Of a DNA stretch of 35,955 bases, positions 23,491-35,080 are shown in pieces. The notes beneath the pieces were generated by a model. The model did not search any database. It was not told the DNA's origin and was given only the letters and a program-made list of their open reading frames with translations. This stretch comes from Octopus sinensis (taxonomy: Eukaryota), in contig NW_021828049.1 of assembly GCF_006345805.1 (NCBI RefSeq), positions 1 through 35,955 of the forward strand, read 5' to 3'. The first letter of the stretch is position 1. Every line of letters starts with the position of its first letter. A program made the translations under genes and the position numbers.

Positions 23491-23872
23491 GTGTTTCGCT
23501 CTGGATCTGGGCTTTGAACGACTGTGATATAAATTTTAAGGTTGGAGAAAAGAGTGTTCAACATTGTAGGTTAAGACAATACTACTAGGATACATACTAC
23601 TAGGATAGAAAGAGGACAATGCATTCTATAGAACTGATAATGCGAGATATATATTCTGAGGCTTGCTTAGGCCGCTGTATAACACGTCACCGACCATGTT
23701 AACGCTCAGAACTGACAAGTGTACTCAGGTAAATCCAAAACGTACCATTAATATTTCTCGAGGTATCCGCCCTCTTTAAATCTGTTCTTAAAACTTCTCC
23801 TTCGCCTTTGCCTTTCTCTATTTTCTCCTTTTTTTTTCTCTTTCATCATTTCCTTTGTCTATATGAAGTATA

Positions 23873-24122
23873 CAGTAATTCCTTGGCATATTGCGATTCA
23901 ACTATCGCGGTTTACCTATCACGATTCACTTATCGCCGTTTATTATTTAAGCTTACATAAAAACTTCTGAGGTGTTGTTTTGCATTTATAATAAAATAAA
24001 TATATACAAATTATAAAAACAATTCTAAAAATATAGAGTATAGTACTGGTTCTAGTTCGTAGATTTTCATCTATCGCAGGGTGATTTGGGACGTAACACC
24101 CGCGATAGCCGAGGACTTACTG
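23873..24122. mobile_element. pogo/Tigger-type MITE
   Basis: TA|CAGTAATTCCTTGGCATATTGCG..CGCGATAGCCGAGGACTTACTG|TA; related to 3192-3815. Confidence 0.82.
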
Positions 24123-25949
24123 TACTTACAAAAACTCCGTGGAATGTATATTTGTATATAATATATCCATACATATATGTGTGTGTGTGCGTATGTATGT
24201 ATATAAATATATATATTTGTATGTATGCATGTATGTATGTATGTATGTATGTATGTATGTATGTGTGTATGTATAGGCACATATATATAGGCACGTATGT
24301 ACATAGGTATATGTATGTGTGTGAACGTATGTATCTATCGATCCATCTGTTTATTTCTCTCTCTCTCTTTCTTTACATATATATATATTTATATCTATAT
24401 ATATATGTGTGTGTATATGTGTGTGTGTATACACATGCAGACATACACACACGCACACAAACACACACACACATACATATATGTACGTATATAACGGTGG
24501 GTTTTAAATCTCATATACCTGGACTCCGTTTCAAAGCCATAAATTGATTTTACAGAAGAGCGCAGCTTCCTTCAGTCTACGGCAGAGGCACCTAATTAAG
24601 CGCCAACTCATAGCAATGATAAAAACATTAAAGATAAACATGAAACAGAAAACGAAAAACAAAAGAAAATAACAGCAAATAATATAAAAATATATAGATA
24701 AGAACAACAACGACACCTTCAGCAGTAAAACAACGTATACGAGGTCACTTGATATGTTAGTAATAGCAGCCAAATCACCACCGTTTCACTGATACCGTAT
24801 TTAAAATGCAATGGCATGTTGAATAAGATATTGCTAAGTAGGTGATGTTTGAAGCAAGGCAGGCTGGTCATGGCTGAAACGCTTTGGTTATATACTATTT
24901 CAAGCAAGGTTAAAGTGGAGTCAAGGACCAACAACATGTCAATGAAGTTCTACTCTGCGACTACTAAGTCTGCTAGAAATAGCAGCTAATCCCTTGCTAG
25001 AATAGTTACCACAATTTATAACTGAAAATGAATGGCGGGGGCCATCGTTGGAACGCGTCTAATTGTAGGTGTTCTGTAGATAAGAACAAGAGTAACTACA
25101 GGACAGTGCGGGGTATTTCTGCTTATCCATTTCCATTGCTAGAAATAGCAGTCAAATTTCCCTGGAATGACACCTTACTGTCTTAAATAATGATGGAAAT
25201 GTAGGATGATGTAGTCTAAGGTATACTAAACTATTAATGAACAGACGTTTTGGTCACGGTAGGAGTGACTTAGGAGTGATTTGAATATGTTTCGCGTAAT
25301 TAGGGTTGACCTATGATTGACAAATACTATTAGCAACAATAGTAGCTGCAGTAGCAGCAGCAGCATCAAGCCATAGAAGAAGGCATCCAGATGGTTGCTC
25401 GCTTGCTAGAAATAGTTAGAGATTCTCCCTCAGATAGCACACTACAGTCTTACAGAAGAAAGAACATATTCTGAGCTAGATTATAGCCTATAGCTAAAAA
25501 CAAGAAGAAAAAAAAGGAGACATCAAGATGGACGTCGCTGGAAGGTCAGTTGTTTTAACCACAGCTGAGATGCTAAACAACAGTAACAAGAAGAGCAATA
25601 GCAGCACTAACAACTCTGAAATGCTCAAAGACAAAATTGGTCAGAGCCGGATTGGAACGCAGAAAGTTAAAAACCGTTACAAAAATGTCACAGGCTATAA
25701 CAGTTATGCTAATCCACTGATTATGTCCACCTGGATGATAGGATATTATGTCTGATTCGGCCAAGGAAAGAAACTGTACATAGATAACTGGCCACCAAGA
25801 AATAACAGCCAAAGATCCCTAAAGTCAAACCCTTTCCATCTTAGCAAAGAGACGTAGTCTTCTCGTACATGTAGAAAAGACAGGGTGGTCACGGCAACAT
25901 TGACTTTGCTCGTTGGTTTGCTCGATCAGAAATGATTTGGGGGGTTAAA

Positions 25950-26130
25950 TATTAGCCTCAAATTTTGTTACAAGGCCGGTAATTTTAATCGACTGAAGTC
26001 GCTTTGATTTTATTTTATATAGGCTAAGTTGACTTCGTTGGTATTTGAACGCAGGACGTAAAGAACTGCAAAAAATGCCGCTAAGCATTTTTGTCTGACA
26101 CCTTAACGATACCACAAGCTCGCTGCTTTA
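25950..26130 (-). mobile_element. Diverged SINE type B
   Basis: ttcaaattttgttacaaggcc..gttgacttcgttggtatttgaac..gctaagcattt..agctcgctgctt. Confidence 0.65.
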
Positions 26131-26300
26131 ACTTACGGATAGATGTTAAGAATAAAGAAACAAAGCTATATATGCTAAAAGGTGGGATGGTCTCGGATGG
26201 AACTATCTTTGATTATAAATAGATATAGACATTATGGACAGAGCTTGGTTTAATCACAGCAGCAGCAACAACAACAACGACAAAACGAAAGGAGTATCTG

Positions 26301-26331
<31 letters not shown>

Positions 26332-26362
26332 GTCTATCTATCTGAGGGCCCAATAATACTAT

Positions 26363-26414
26363 ATGTGTACCACGTCCTCGCGTTGTTGTGTTTTTTGTGC
26401 TTTCATGTTTGGAT

Positions 26415-26477
<63 letters not shown>

Positions 26478-26610
26478 GTATAATATTATATATATATATA
26501 TATATTATATATAATATATATATGCCCTCTATTTATTTCCTCTTACTCCGTTCTGTTGAAGAGCGTAGGCTCGAAACATAAAAAACTTCCATTTTTCCCG
26601 AGCGTCAAAC
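26363..26610 (+). mobile_element. Penelope pLTR-like fragments separated by (TA)n, with a hammerhead-like motif
   Basis: gtcctcgcgttg..ttttttgtg is shared with about 11777-11800; CTGTTGA-A-GAGC-GTAG-GCTC-GAAAC at about 26552-26577. Confidence 0.55.
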
Positions 26611-26611
26611 T

Positions 26612-26782
26612 TGTTTGACAACCGATGCTGGTGTGTTTACGTCCCCGTAACTTTGCGGTTCGGCAAAAGAGACCGATAGAATACGTACTAGGCTTACAAA
26701 GAATAAGTCCTGGAGTCGATTTGTTCGACTAAAAGCGCTGCTCCAGCATGGCCGCAGTCAAATGACTGAAACAAGTAAAGAG
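26612..26782 (+). mobile_element. SINE type A, 3' part
   Basis: Matches 5405-5580. Confidence 0.85.
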
Positions 26783-27193
26783 GGTATATGGGTACAGGAC
26801 GTCACAAACTGTAATGAACATGAAGTACGAAAGCAAAGGAGTTAAATACGTAAGCAACGAGAGAAAATTTGGAAAACAGAACATGTAACACAAAGAACGA
26901 CCCTTCATCAGTTGTCGGCTGTCTATCTACTCCTCATTTCGAGCTTTCAACAACAATATGAGTCTTCGAAGACAGTTGTTCTCATGAATTCCATAATGAA
27001 AGTTTGCATTTATGAAGGATCAAAGTTGGGGACAAAAATAGGACAGTGAAGATATACAAGGAAACCGAACGAAAAAAAAAACATGGAGAATCATTAGACC
27101 AGGACGAAAATAATGAACGCTGGGAGAAATATATATATCTATGCATATACACTCATATATGATGGGCATTTTCTGTCTACTAGTTTCTCTCAC

Positions 27194-27267
27194 TAGGCAG
27201 AAGTTAGCCCAAGGATATAGCATGAGAGAATTGCGCAAGATATCACGCAGTTGGATCCAACTCGAAT
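27194..27267 (-). CDS. Candidate exon (74 nt, phase 1-0) of the MATH/TRAF-like gene: SSWIQLRDILRNSLMLYPWANFCL
   Basis: Acceptor cctccctgtttcgtag, donor CTA|gtgaga; phase matches the 21580 exon; W.NF is reminiscent of MATH strand 1 (W.I.NF). Confidence 0.5.
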
Positions 27268-27409
27268 CTACGAAACAGGGAGGTAAATTTCTTCACCATA
27301 CAGCCAAAACAGAAAGAAAGAAAGAAAGAAAGGATGAAAGAAAGAAAGTAAAAGAGAGATAGGGTGATGTAAATTTCCGAAAAAAAGAAACACAGAAAAA
27401 AGAAAATGG

Positions 27410-27444
27410 AAAATAATAATAATAATAATAATAATAACAATAAC

Positions 27445-27497
<53 letters not shown>

Positions 27498-27520
27498 TAA
27501 TAATGATAATAATAGTAATA

Positions 27521-27560
<40 letters not shown>

Positions 27561-27630
27561 AAGAATAAGAAGTAAACCATCTTCATAAACATACTAATAA
27601 TATTACTAATAGTAATAATAATAATAATCA
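27410..27630. repeat. (AAT)n microsatellite
   Basis: Direct reading. Confidence 0.95.
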
Positions 27631-28216
27631 TTCTGATAAACATTTTGACATGGATACTTGTAAATTAGTGGCGAGGCCAGCTGCTTTGATAATCTTGTGT
27701 AGTTTTGTCTCGAACAAAGGATCGTTTTGTTTAGCTAACTTTGGCACCTGGTGATTGCAGGATCGAAATCATGTTTGCTCTATCTTACAAATTACATTTT
27801 CACAGAAAAATAAGATCTACCACAATCTGTTTCCTATTTTCACGTTAGTTGTACTTTTTGATATGATATTTATTCTGTTTTTTATTTTATTTTATTTTAT
27901 TTTATTTTGTTTTGTTTTGTGTGTGTATTCTTGTTGTTAATGTTTGTTTGTATTATCTGTGTTTTACTTTTGTCGTATTATTATTGATTTTGTTTTATTT
28001 TTTTTTGTTTTGCTTTATTTTTCTCCCTCCCTCCCTCCCTCCTTTGCTTGTTTGTTTTGTTTCGGGGTGTGTGGAATATCTTGTATTTGTTTTGCGCTCA
28101 TTGATTCATTCGTCGTAGAAATATGAAAGCAAGAGATAGAGATATCAACTGGTAACTTTGTTAACTTATACGTCACAAACACACACACACACACTCTCTC
28201 TCTCTCTTTCTCTTTC

Positions 28217-28247
<31 letters not shown>

Positions 28248-28356
28248 TTCGCCCTCTATATCGTCAGTATAGTTACATATAAGGGGTATATAATGCATAA
28301 AACTGATATGAATATATACGTTTATGCAGTATTAATATATATATACCCGCATATAT

Positions 28357-28389
<33 letters not shown>

Positions 28390-28726
28390 GCATATATACA
28401 TATATACATATATATATATATGCATGTATGTATACTCATATGCACACACACTAAGACAATTATATTTATATATTCATATGTATATATGCATACATATGTT
28501 TATATGCAAGCATATATATGTATATGTATGTATGCATGTATGTATGTATGCATGTATGTATGTATGCATGTATGTATGTATGTATGCATGTATGTATGCA
28601 CACATACACACACTAAGACAATTATATTTACATATACACACATGGGGTCACTTATATATGCATATATATATATATATATATGTATGTGTATATATACATA
28701 TATATGCATACATATGTTTATATACA

Positions 28727-28774
<48 letters not shown>

Positions 28775-28942
28775 TATATATATAAGCGTATGCATAAATG
28801 TTCACGCATATTTATATCTACGTATATATCCATATATATGAATACACACACATACATATTACATACATATACACTGCAGTATAAACCATTCTCGCAGTTA
28901 CCCCGTTTTTCATGCCGTGACAACGACAACTCGTTCATTTAC

Positions 28943-28958
28943 TTTCGCTGTACGCCAT
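28943..28958 (-). CDS. Possible first coding exon MAYSE (16 nt, phase 1)
   Basis: aagATGG context, donor AAA|gtaaat, phase fits the 27267 exon; so short that it may be chance. Confidence 0.3.
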
Positions 28959-29415
28959 CTTAAACTAACACAATATACAGATTATTGTTATTTTTATAAT
29001 CTAGCAGATTCCGATATTATCATCTTCAAAGCTATGACTTATTTTGGTATCATTTCTTATTCGTCAGTAATTTGGTAAGTATTTCGTTTGTTTGCAGCTT
29101 TCACTGGAAAGAAGAATTATTGCCCCTCGTGTATATTTGCGTGCGGGCGGTTTGTTTGGAAATGGCGAGGGCGTTTTGGCCTCCCTCTTGGGCTGCATGA
29201 CTACGTTTGGTTTGAATGAATGATGTTGTTTCTTCATGTCTTCATGTCTTCATATATGCACATGTATGTTTGTTTTTTCTCTGAGAGATGTATCTCTTAC
29301 TCCCCCCTCTTTCTCTCTCTCTCTCTCTCTGTTACTCTCTCTCTCTTTCTCTCTTCTCTTTCATATACGTGTGCTGAATATATACTTATGCCTAGATATA
29401 CACACGGAGATACAC

Positions 29416-29483
29416 ACATGTTGTATCAAAAATTTACCGGACTACTTATATTTAATAAAAAAATAACTTATTACACTCTTCTC

Positions 29484-29514
<31 letters not shown>

Positions 29515-31115
29515 TTTACTGGTTTCAGGCATTTGACTGCGGCCATGCTGAAGCACCACATTTACTCGAGAAAAATCGACCCCAGGACTTATTCTTTGGA
29601 AGCCTAGGACTTATTATATCGCTCCCTTTTGCCGAATCGCTAAGTTATAGGGGCGTAAACACACCATCATCGGTTGTCAAGCGATGCTGGGGGGTGAACA
29701 AACACAGACACACAAACATACGTACACATAGATATATATATACATATATATGACAGGCTTCTTCCAGTTTCCGTCTACCAAATCCACTCACAAGGCATTG
29801 GCCGGCCCGAGGCTAAGATGCCACGCAGTGGGAATGAACCCAGAACCATGTGGTTCGTAAGCATACTACTTACCACACAGCCACTCCTGCGCCTATTATT
29901 AACTTGAGTTTTAACATAATTTCCTTCGAAAACATCACTTTGCGCAGCAATACTCCGGTCCCAGCATTCTTGCTACTCTTTGAATCTAGCCCGGAAGACG
30001 TTTTCTATGAGGACCTTCTGCGATTCCCTCTGAATCTCTACAAAGGTGTTAAAACGGTGACCTTTGAGCTGCATTTTCCTCTTGGAGAAGAGATGGAAGT
30101 CCGCAGGCGCTAAATCTAACGAATAGGGCGTGTGCAGAAGCGATACCATGTAGTTTTTAGCTAGAAACTCACAAATGAGGGGATCCCGGTGACAAGGTGC
30201 ACTGCCGTCGTGAAGAATCCAGTTCTTCGCACTCCACAGATCCGGTCGCTTTCGCCGAGTGTCTTCCTTCAAACGCTTCAAAACGCCTCAATAGAACTCC
30301 CAAGTGATGCTCTGGCTCTGGGGCGCGGTGGAGCAGTGGTGTAATTCTCGATGTACAATACTGCGAATATCGAAAAAAACCGATGAGCGTGCAGCTCTGT
30401 TGTGCCTTCTTCGGTCGTAGAGATGAAGGCTTCTTCCATTGTGACGATTGCGTATCCGCAGACCCAACTCTTATCACCGGTGATGACCCTCTACATGAAT
30501 ACGGGTAATCAGTGATACGCTGACGTAGATATTGACAGATTTGAGGCGGTGGTCAGCAGGTGCGGGACAAACCTTGGCAGCGACACGTTGCATGTTCAAT
30601 TCAGACATTAGCTTTGCCTGCACGGACCCATACAAAAGACCAACAACATCAGCAATGTCGCTGATTGTCCTCCGATGATCCTTGTACAGAAGCTGAGGAA
30701 TTTTCTTCACATTTCCAGAGGTAAATCTTGTGGCAGGTCTTCCAGATCATCCAGAGTTTTCCAGGGACGTTCTTCCGATTTTCCGACGCCCACGCCACTC
30801 CAAACCTTGCGTACGACTCATTGCCTCGTTGCCGTAAGCTTGCCGAATCATGCTCAATGTCTGTGATCAGATTTTCCCAGTTTAACGCAAAATTTCCTGT
30901 TGGCTTTTGCTTCATGTCCATGACAAAATCGTAGGCGGCAGCATATATGTGATTACAAAGACAAAAATTTCACAATTTCCGCAGTAAACACAGCAATACC
31001 ACTCAGTTCACTGCCTCATGAAGATCACTACTAGGGGTCACTACACACGCAATCGTATGCTGCCATCTGTTGGTGCGCTACAGAATTAGCCCTTGAAGTT
31101 TTTGATATCACCTCT
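29416..31115 (-). mobile_element. Near full-length defective mariner (DD34D), about 1.27 kb excluding an inserted SINE
   Basis: Degenerate TIRs (TATCAAAAA core at both ends, TA at 31116-31117); DHRRTISDIADVVG (HTH), ITGDKSW, WILHDGSAP, YSLDLAPADF, FEGN; many frameshifts. Confidence 0.93.
29474..29895 (-). mobile_element. Full SINE type A inserted in the mariner 3' UTR
   Basis: Reverse complement of 5107-5580; TSD ttatta at 29468-29473 and 29896-29901. Confidence 0.9.
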
Positions 31116-31326
31116 TATATATCACATACGTATGTGTGTGCGTCCAAGTTTAAACTCTTTTGAGCATTATTAGGTGAATTTTTTACATTGGACATATCCA
31201 GTTCTCACTTGAGTCCACACACACACAACACACACTCACACACACACAAACCACACACACACAAACACACACACACACACTTATAAAGTTATACTTGTTC
31301 TATATTCAAGAGATGAGAAATCATGG

Positions 31327-31612
31327 CATTGTTTACATTATTTACATTTGACGTATATGTCTCCTCATTTTGTTTGTTGTTAACGCAACGTTTCGGCTGA
31401 TCTACCCTCCAGCCTTCATCTGGTGTCTTGGGGAAATTTACTTTATTTACATTTGATGGATATATGTCTTCATCTTTGTTGTTAACCCAGGTTCGAAATT
31501 TTCTCAACACACCTAATGAAGGCTGGAGGGTATATCAGCCGAAACGTTGCGTTAACAACAAACAAGATGAGGGTAAATATCCGTCAAATGAGAATAATAT
31601 AAATAATGTACA
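31327..31612. repeat. Inverted Penelope pLTR pair with hammerhead-like motifs
   Basis: Arms 31327-31439 and 31494-31612; C(TA/AG)ATGA-A-GGCTG..CAGCC-GAAACGTT on both strands; encodes TP(D/N)EG..PKR. Confidence 0.85.
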
Positions 31613-31689
31613 GCTATATTTGTAGCCCTTTATTTGGTCAAGTCGCTACCTAACTACTAATTAGATACTGTGTTGTTTAAAATCGGCGA

Positions 31690-32600
31690 TTGACGAAGAC
31701 CAATATTTTCAATGTAAAATGACCATACAATATTAGGGAAAAATCGTTAACGTGTTGGACAAATTGCTTTGCGGTAATTTGAATTGAAGAGAAATGGAAA
31801 ATCACAACCAAAATATACATCAAGGGCAAGGACACACACCAGCGGTGAAACTTTAGGTCTTACAATCTGTTCCATAGTAAAGGAATTATCGCATTCAGTG
31901 AGTTAAAGTGGAAATGTACTGTAGTCGCAGACTCAAGTAGACGATAAAAACGAGTGGCAGAAATTAAGATATTCTTTCAGCGAAAAATACCCGAAAATCA
32001 GCGTAAATAATACCATAACCAAGGAAAAACACATGTTAACTACTGAGTTACGGTAAAACACTTAGAAGGAGGGGAAATACACAAGGAGAGATATTCCATT
32101 TGTAATCACCCGCAATTCCCGTTAGCACAACGTAATTCGGCCAAACGATACTTTCCAGTTCTTCACCAATCATTACATCTAACCAAAGAGACACAAATTT
32201 TAAGTAGAGATAGGTGTTTACCAACTTCGTTGAGGGTCGCGAGAGTTAATAGAGCAGGGTAAAAAGAAATTCAGAAATAAGTAAGAATTTAACCTTAATG
32301 AAATAAGAATTGCAAAACAAAATATCGTGTTAATATTATCGCATCTCCAAAAAGCAATGAGAATTATATCGGCCTAACAGGAAGAATAGACCGAATAAAG
32401 ATGCATAAACAACAAATTAAAGATCCCTCTCTTAAAAATGTTTCATATAGTTAACATCTAGACAATTGTGTGCATGGAAGATTGAAAATACTCCCGTCGT
32501 TGGAAATAATACGATTAGTTTATAAGAATTTTCTATCTGGAAACAGAAAACCGCTATGAAAACGATTACTTCTATACTGGTTACGATATAACACGTGTGT
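31690..32600 (+). mobile_element. Decayed Penelope-like element ORF: RT thumb plus GIY-YIG endonuclease
   Basis: IYIKGKDTHQ..FRSYNLFHSKGI (from about 31813); CKTK..NENYIGLTGR..RIKMHKQQIKDP..HLDNC (32311-32469); stops and indels. Confidence 0.8.
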
Positions 32601-33251
32601 TTGAAAAGCTGAAAACAGCGGAAAGTGCTAGAAAGAAAATTTCTTCATTCAGGTCTGTGCTAATCTATATTTTTTTAAAGCATTAAAATTTAAGTTAACA
32701 AAATTTCGTTTCCTAGATATTTTGACTGCATGCGTAAAATTTTCATGCACATATATCAAATTGAAAAAATTGGAGTCAAGAAGGAGTACGGTTGGACATT
32801 TATTATTCGCTACAATTGTTTCGACGCAACATAGTTCTCCAATAATACAGGTAGACGAGCTTTATATTGTACTCTACCAAATTCTAAAAATGGAACGAAA
32901 ACGCAATAGAGTACAAGAAAACATTCAGACAGATAGACGATACAAGGCGGACAAGGGAAACAAGAATTAGAAGGACAGGCAAAAACAGGCGGGTCTTTCG
33001 TGGCTTTCTTTCCCCAGTCAAGTCCCAGAAGTCATGACCTTTCGGGCAGTTAGACGGTTCGATCTGGTTTCTCCCCAAAATGTCTAAGCTTATATATATA
33101 TATATATATATACATACATATATGTGTGTATGTGTGCGCGTGCGTGGGTGGGGCTTGCGTGTGCTTACGGAAGGAGATAGAATGAGGCAGAGCTATAGAC
33201 AGGAAAATGTTCAGGTATAAGTTGTTGGTAAATAATTCTAAATCATACATC

Positions 33252-33315
<64 letters not shown>

Positions 33316-33500
33316 GATACATATATATACATACATAATATATAGTGAGAGAGAAAGAGAGAGATACATACATACATACATGCATACATACATACATACA
33401 TACATACATACATACATACATACATACATACATAAATGTATATAAGCTATGCATGTACGTCTCCATATATTCACATACATCCAAATGTATGTCCTTGTGT

Positions 33501-33545
33501 TCGTGCGCGCGCGGGCGACGCGCATGCCTATGCGCCTGCGCATAT
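33501..33545. promoter_or_regulatory. CpG-rich patch with an NRF1/Ewg-type site
   Basis: TGCGCCTGCGCA at 33531-33542 plus CGCGCATGCC at 33519-33528 within a GC island in AT-rich DNA. Confidence 0.4.
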
Positions 33546-34226
33546 TAATTACTAATGTAAAAACAGTTGACCGACCACCAAAGTGGAAACCCTTTACGAA
33601 ACATTTTCCACCAGAATCTCTATAGATAAGAAACCCATAATTGCAAGAACAGAGGGAAATACATAGGATCTCAGCTGTCTTGCTTAATGTTTAAATGATA
33701 AAATATAACTTAAACCATAATCTACAATCTATGATGTGTCCTAACTTTTCTTCTGTAATAATCTTCGGTTTGTTTATATGTGAATGAAACAGATGAAATG
33801 ACTATTATGTTTCTCTGTTGTCTCACTTCATGAATAGAATCCTTCTTTGTTGTTATTTGTTTATGCTTTCTTTCGTTTCTTTTGTTGTTTTTTTTTATTT
33901 TGATACTGTTGTTAAATTCGTTAACATTTTCTCGGTTTTATCTCCTGCGTTTGAACTATTATTAAATGCATAGATAGGGTCGCATATTTTCGGGGAGAGA
34001 GAAAGAGTGAGAGAGATTAAGAGAGAGAGAGACTGACAGACAGATAGATACATTGGTATATATACATATATACATACATATAGATGTATACATACACATA
34101 TATATATACACATACATATATACATATATACATATAATATATATACGTTATATGATATATAATATATATGATATAATATGTATAATATATAATATAATAT
34201 GTATACTATATATATATATATATATA

Positions 34227-34641
34227 TATTGTGAATTGAAGAAATGGAGCTGAACGCAGATTGAACAGAAATCGTTTTATTTCATTCTACACGTGTTCGA
34301 AAGGCACAAATTACCAAAATCCGATTGAATAATGGGACCATATTGTGTCTTTCTCTTCAGGAAGAAAAAAGGAAATCCGTTAGAGAAACAAAAACAGAAC
34401 AGAGGCGGAGCAGTTTCGCCATGGGCTCTTAGGAGCATAGTTCGATTTGGTTTTTGCTCCGCTCTGTTCTGTTTTGTTTCTCTAACGGATTTCCTTTTTT
34501 CTTCCTGAAGAGAAAGACACAATATGGTCCCATTATTCAATCGGATTTTGGTAATTTGTGCCTTTCGAAACACGTGTAGAATGAAATAAAAACGATTTCT
34601 GTTCAATCTGCGTTCAGCTCCATTTCTTCAATTCACCAATA
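34227..34641. repeat. Approximately 415 bp inverted repeat (arms about 186 bp, 42-nt spacer) carrying opposed hammerhead motifs
   Basis: Arms 34227-34412 and 34455-34641 are nearly identical reverse complements; flanked by (TA)n on the left. Confidence 0.95.
34497..34586 (+). ncRNA. Type I hammerhead ribozyme, apparently intact
   Basis: Stem I TTTTCTTC/GAATGAAA; core CTGAAGA (34505-34511); stem II GAAAGACACAA/TTGTGCCTTTC; GAAA (34567-34570); stem III AC-ACGT-GT (palindrome ACACGTGT); GUA cleavage triplet at 34576-34578. Confidence 0.8.
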
Positions 34642-34795
34642 ATGTTTTAATTTCAATTATCCGCACCAACGCACGGTTGCAACGCCAGATGGTTGTACCT
34701 CCAACCGTGCTGTTTACTGCTGTGATTTTTGCTACTAAGGTATCGGTTAACTTTTGATTAATCTACAACAAGATATATTCATCTTTCTATTTCAC

Positions 34796-34839
<44 letters not shown>

Positions 34840-34849
34840 TCGACATGAT

Positions 34850-35028
34850 ACATCGCTAGCCACTAAACCTTTTTTATTTTTTCTCCCTGTTTATTTCTGT
34901 GTTCCTTTCTGTCGAAGAGCGTAGACTCGAAACATAAAAGATTTTCTCACTTCTAGAGCGTTAAACTAATACATATGTTTGTTATTTAGACACCCGTGTT
35001 CGTCTTTTGTTTTTTCGTAAATTCTCAC

Positions 35029-35030
<2 letters not shown>
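34850..35030 (+). mobile_element. Penelope pLTR-like unit between (TA)n tracts
   Basis: CTGTCGA-A-GAGC-GTAG-ACTC-GAAAC at about 34908-34933; same family as 26530-26610. Confidence 0.6.
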
Positions 35031-35069
<39 letters not shown>

Positions 35070-35080
35070 ATGTACGTATG

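Noticed and set aside
27650-27752. Minus-strand open stretch VPKLAKQNDPLFETKLHKIIKAAGLATNLQ
   Set aside because: Phase 0 end does not fit the 27267 exon and the donor is weak; left unresolved.
32884-33078. Minus-strand ORF with a hydrophobic segment (starts at TTG)
   Set aside because: Adjoins Penelope-like terminal sequence; no ATG or domain evidence.
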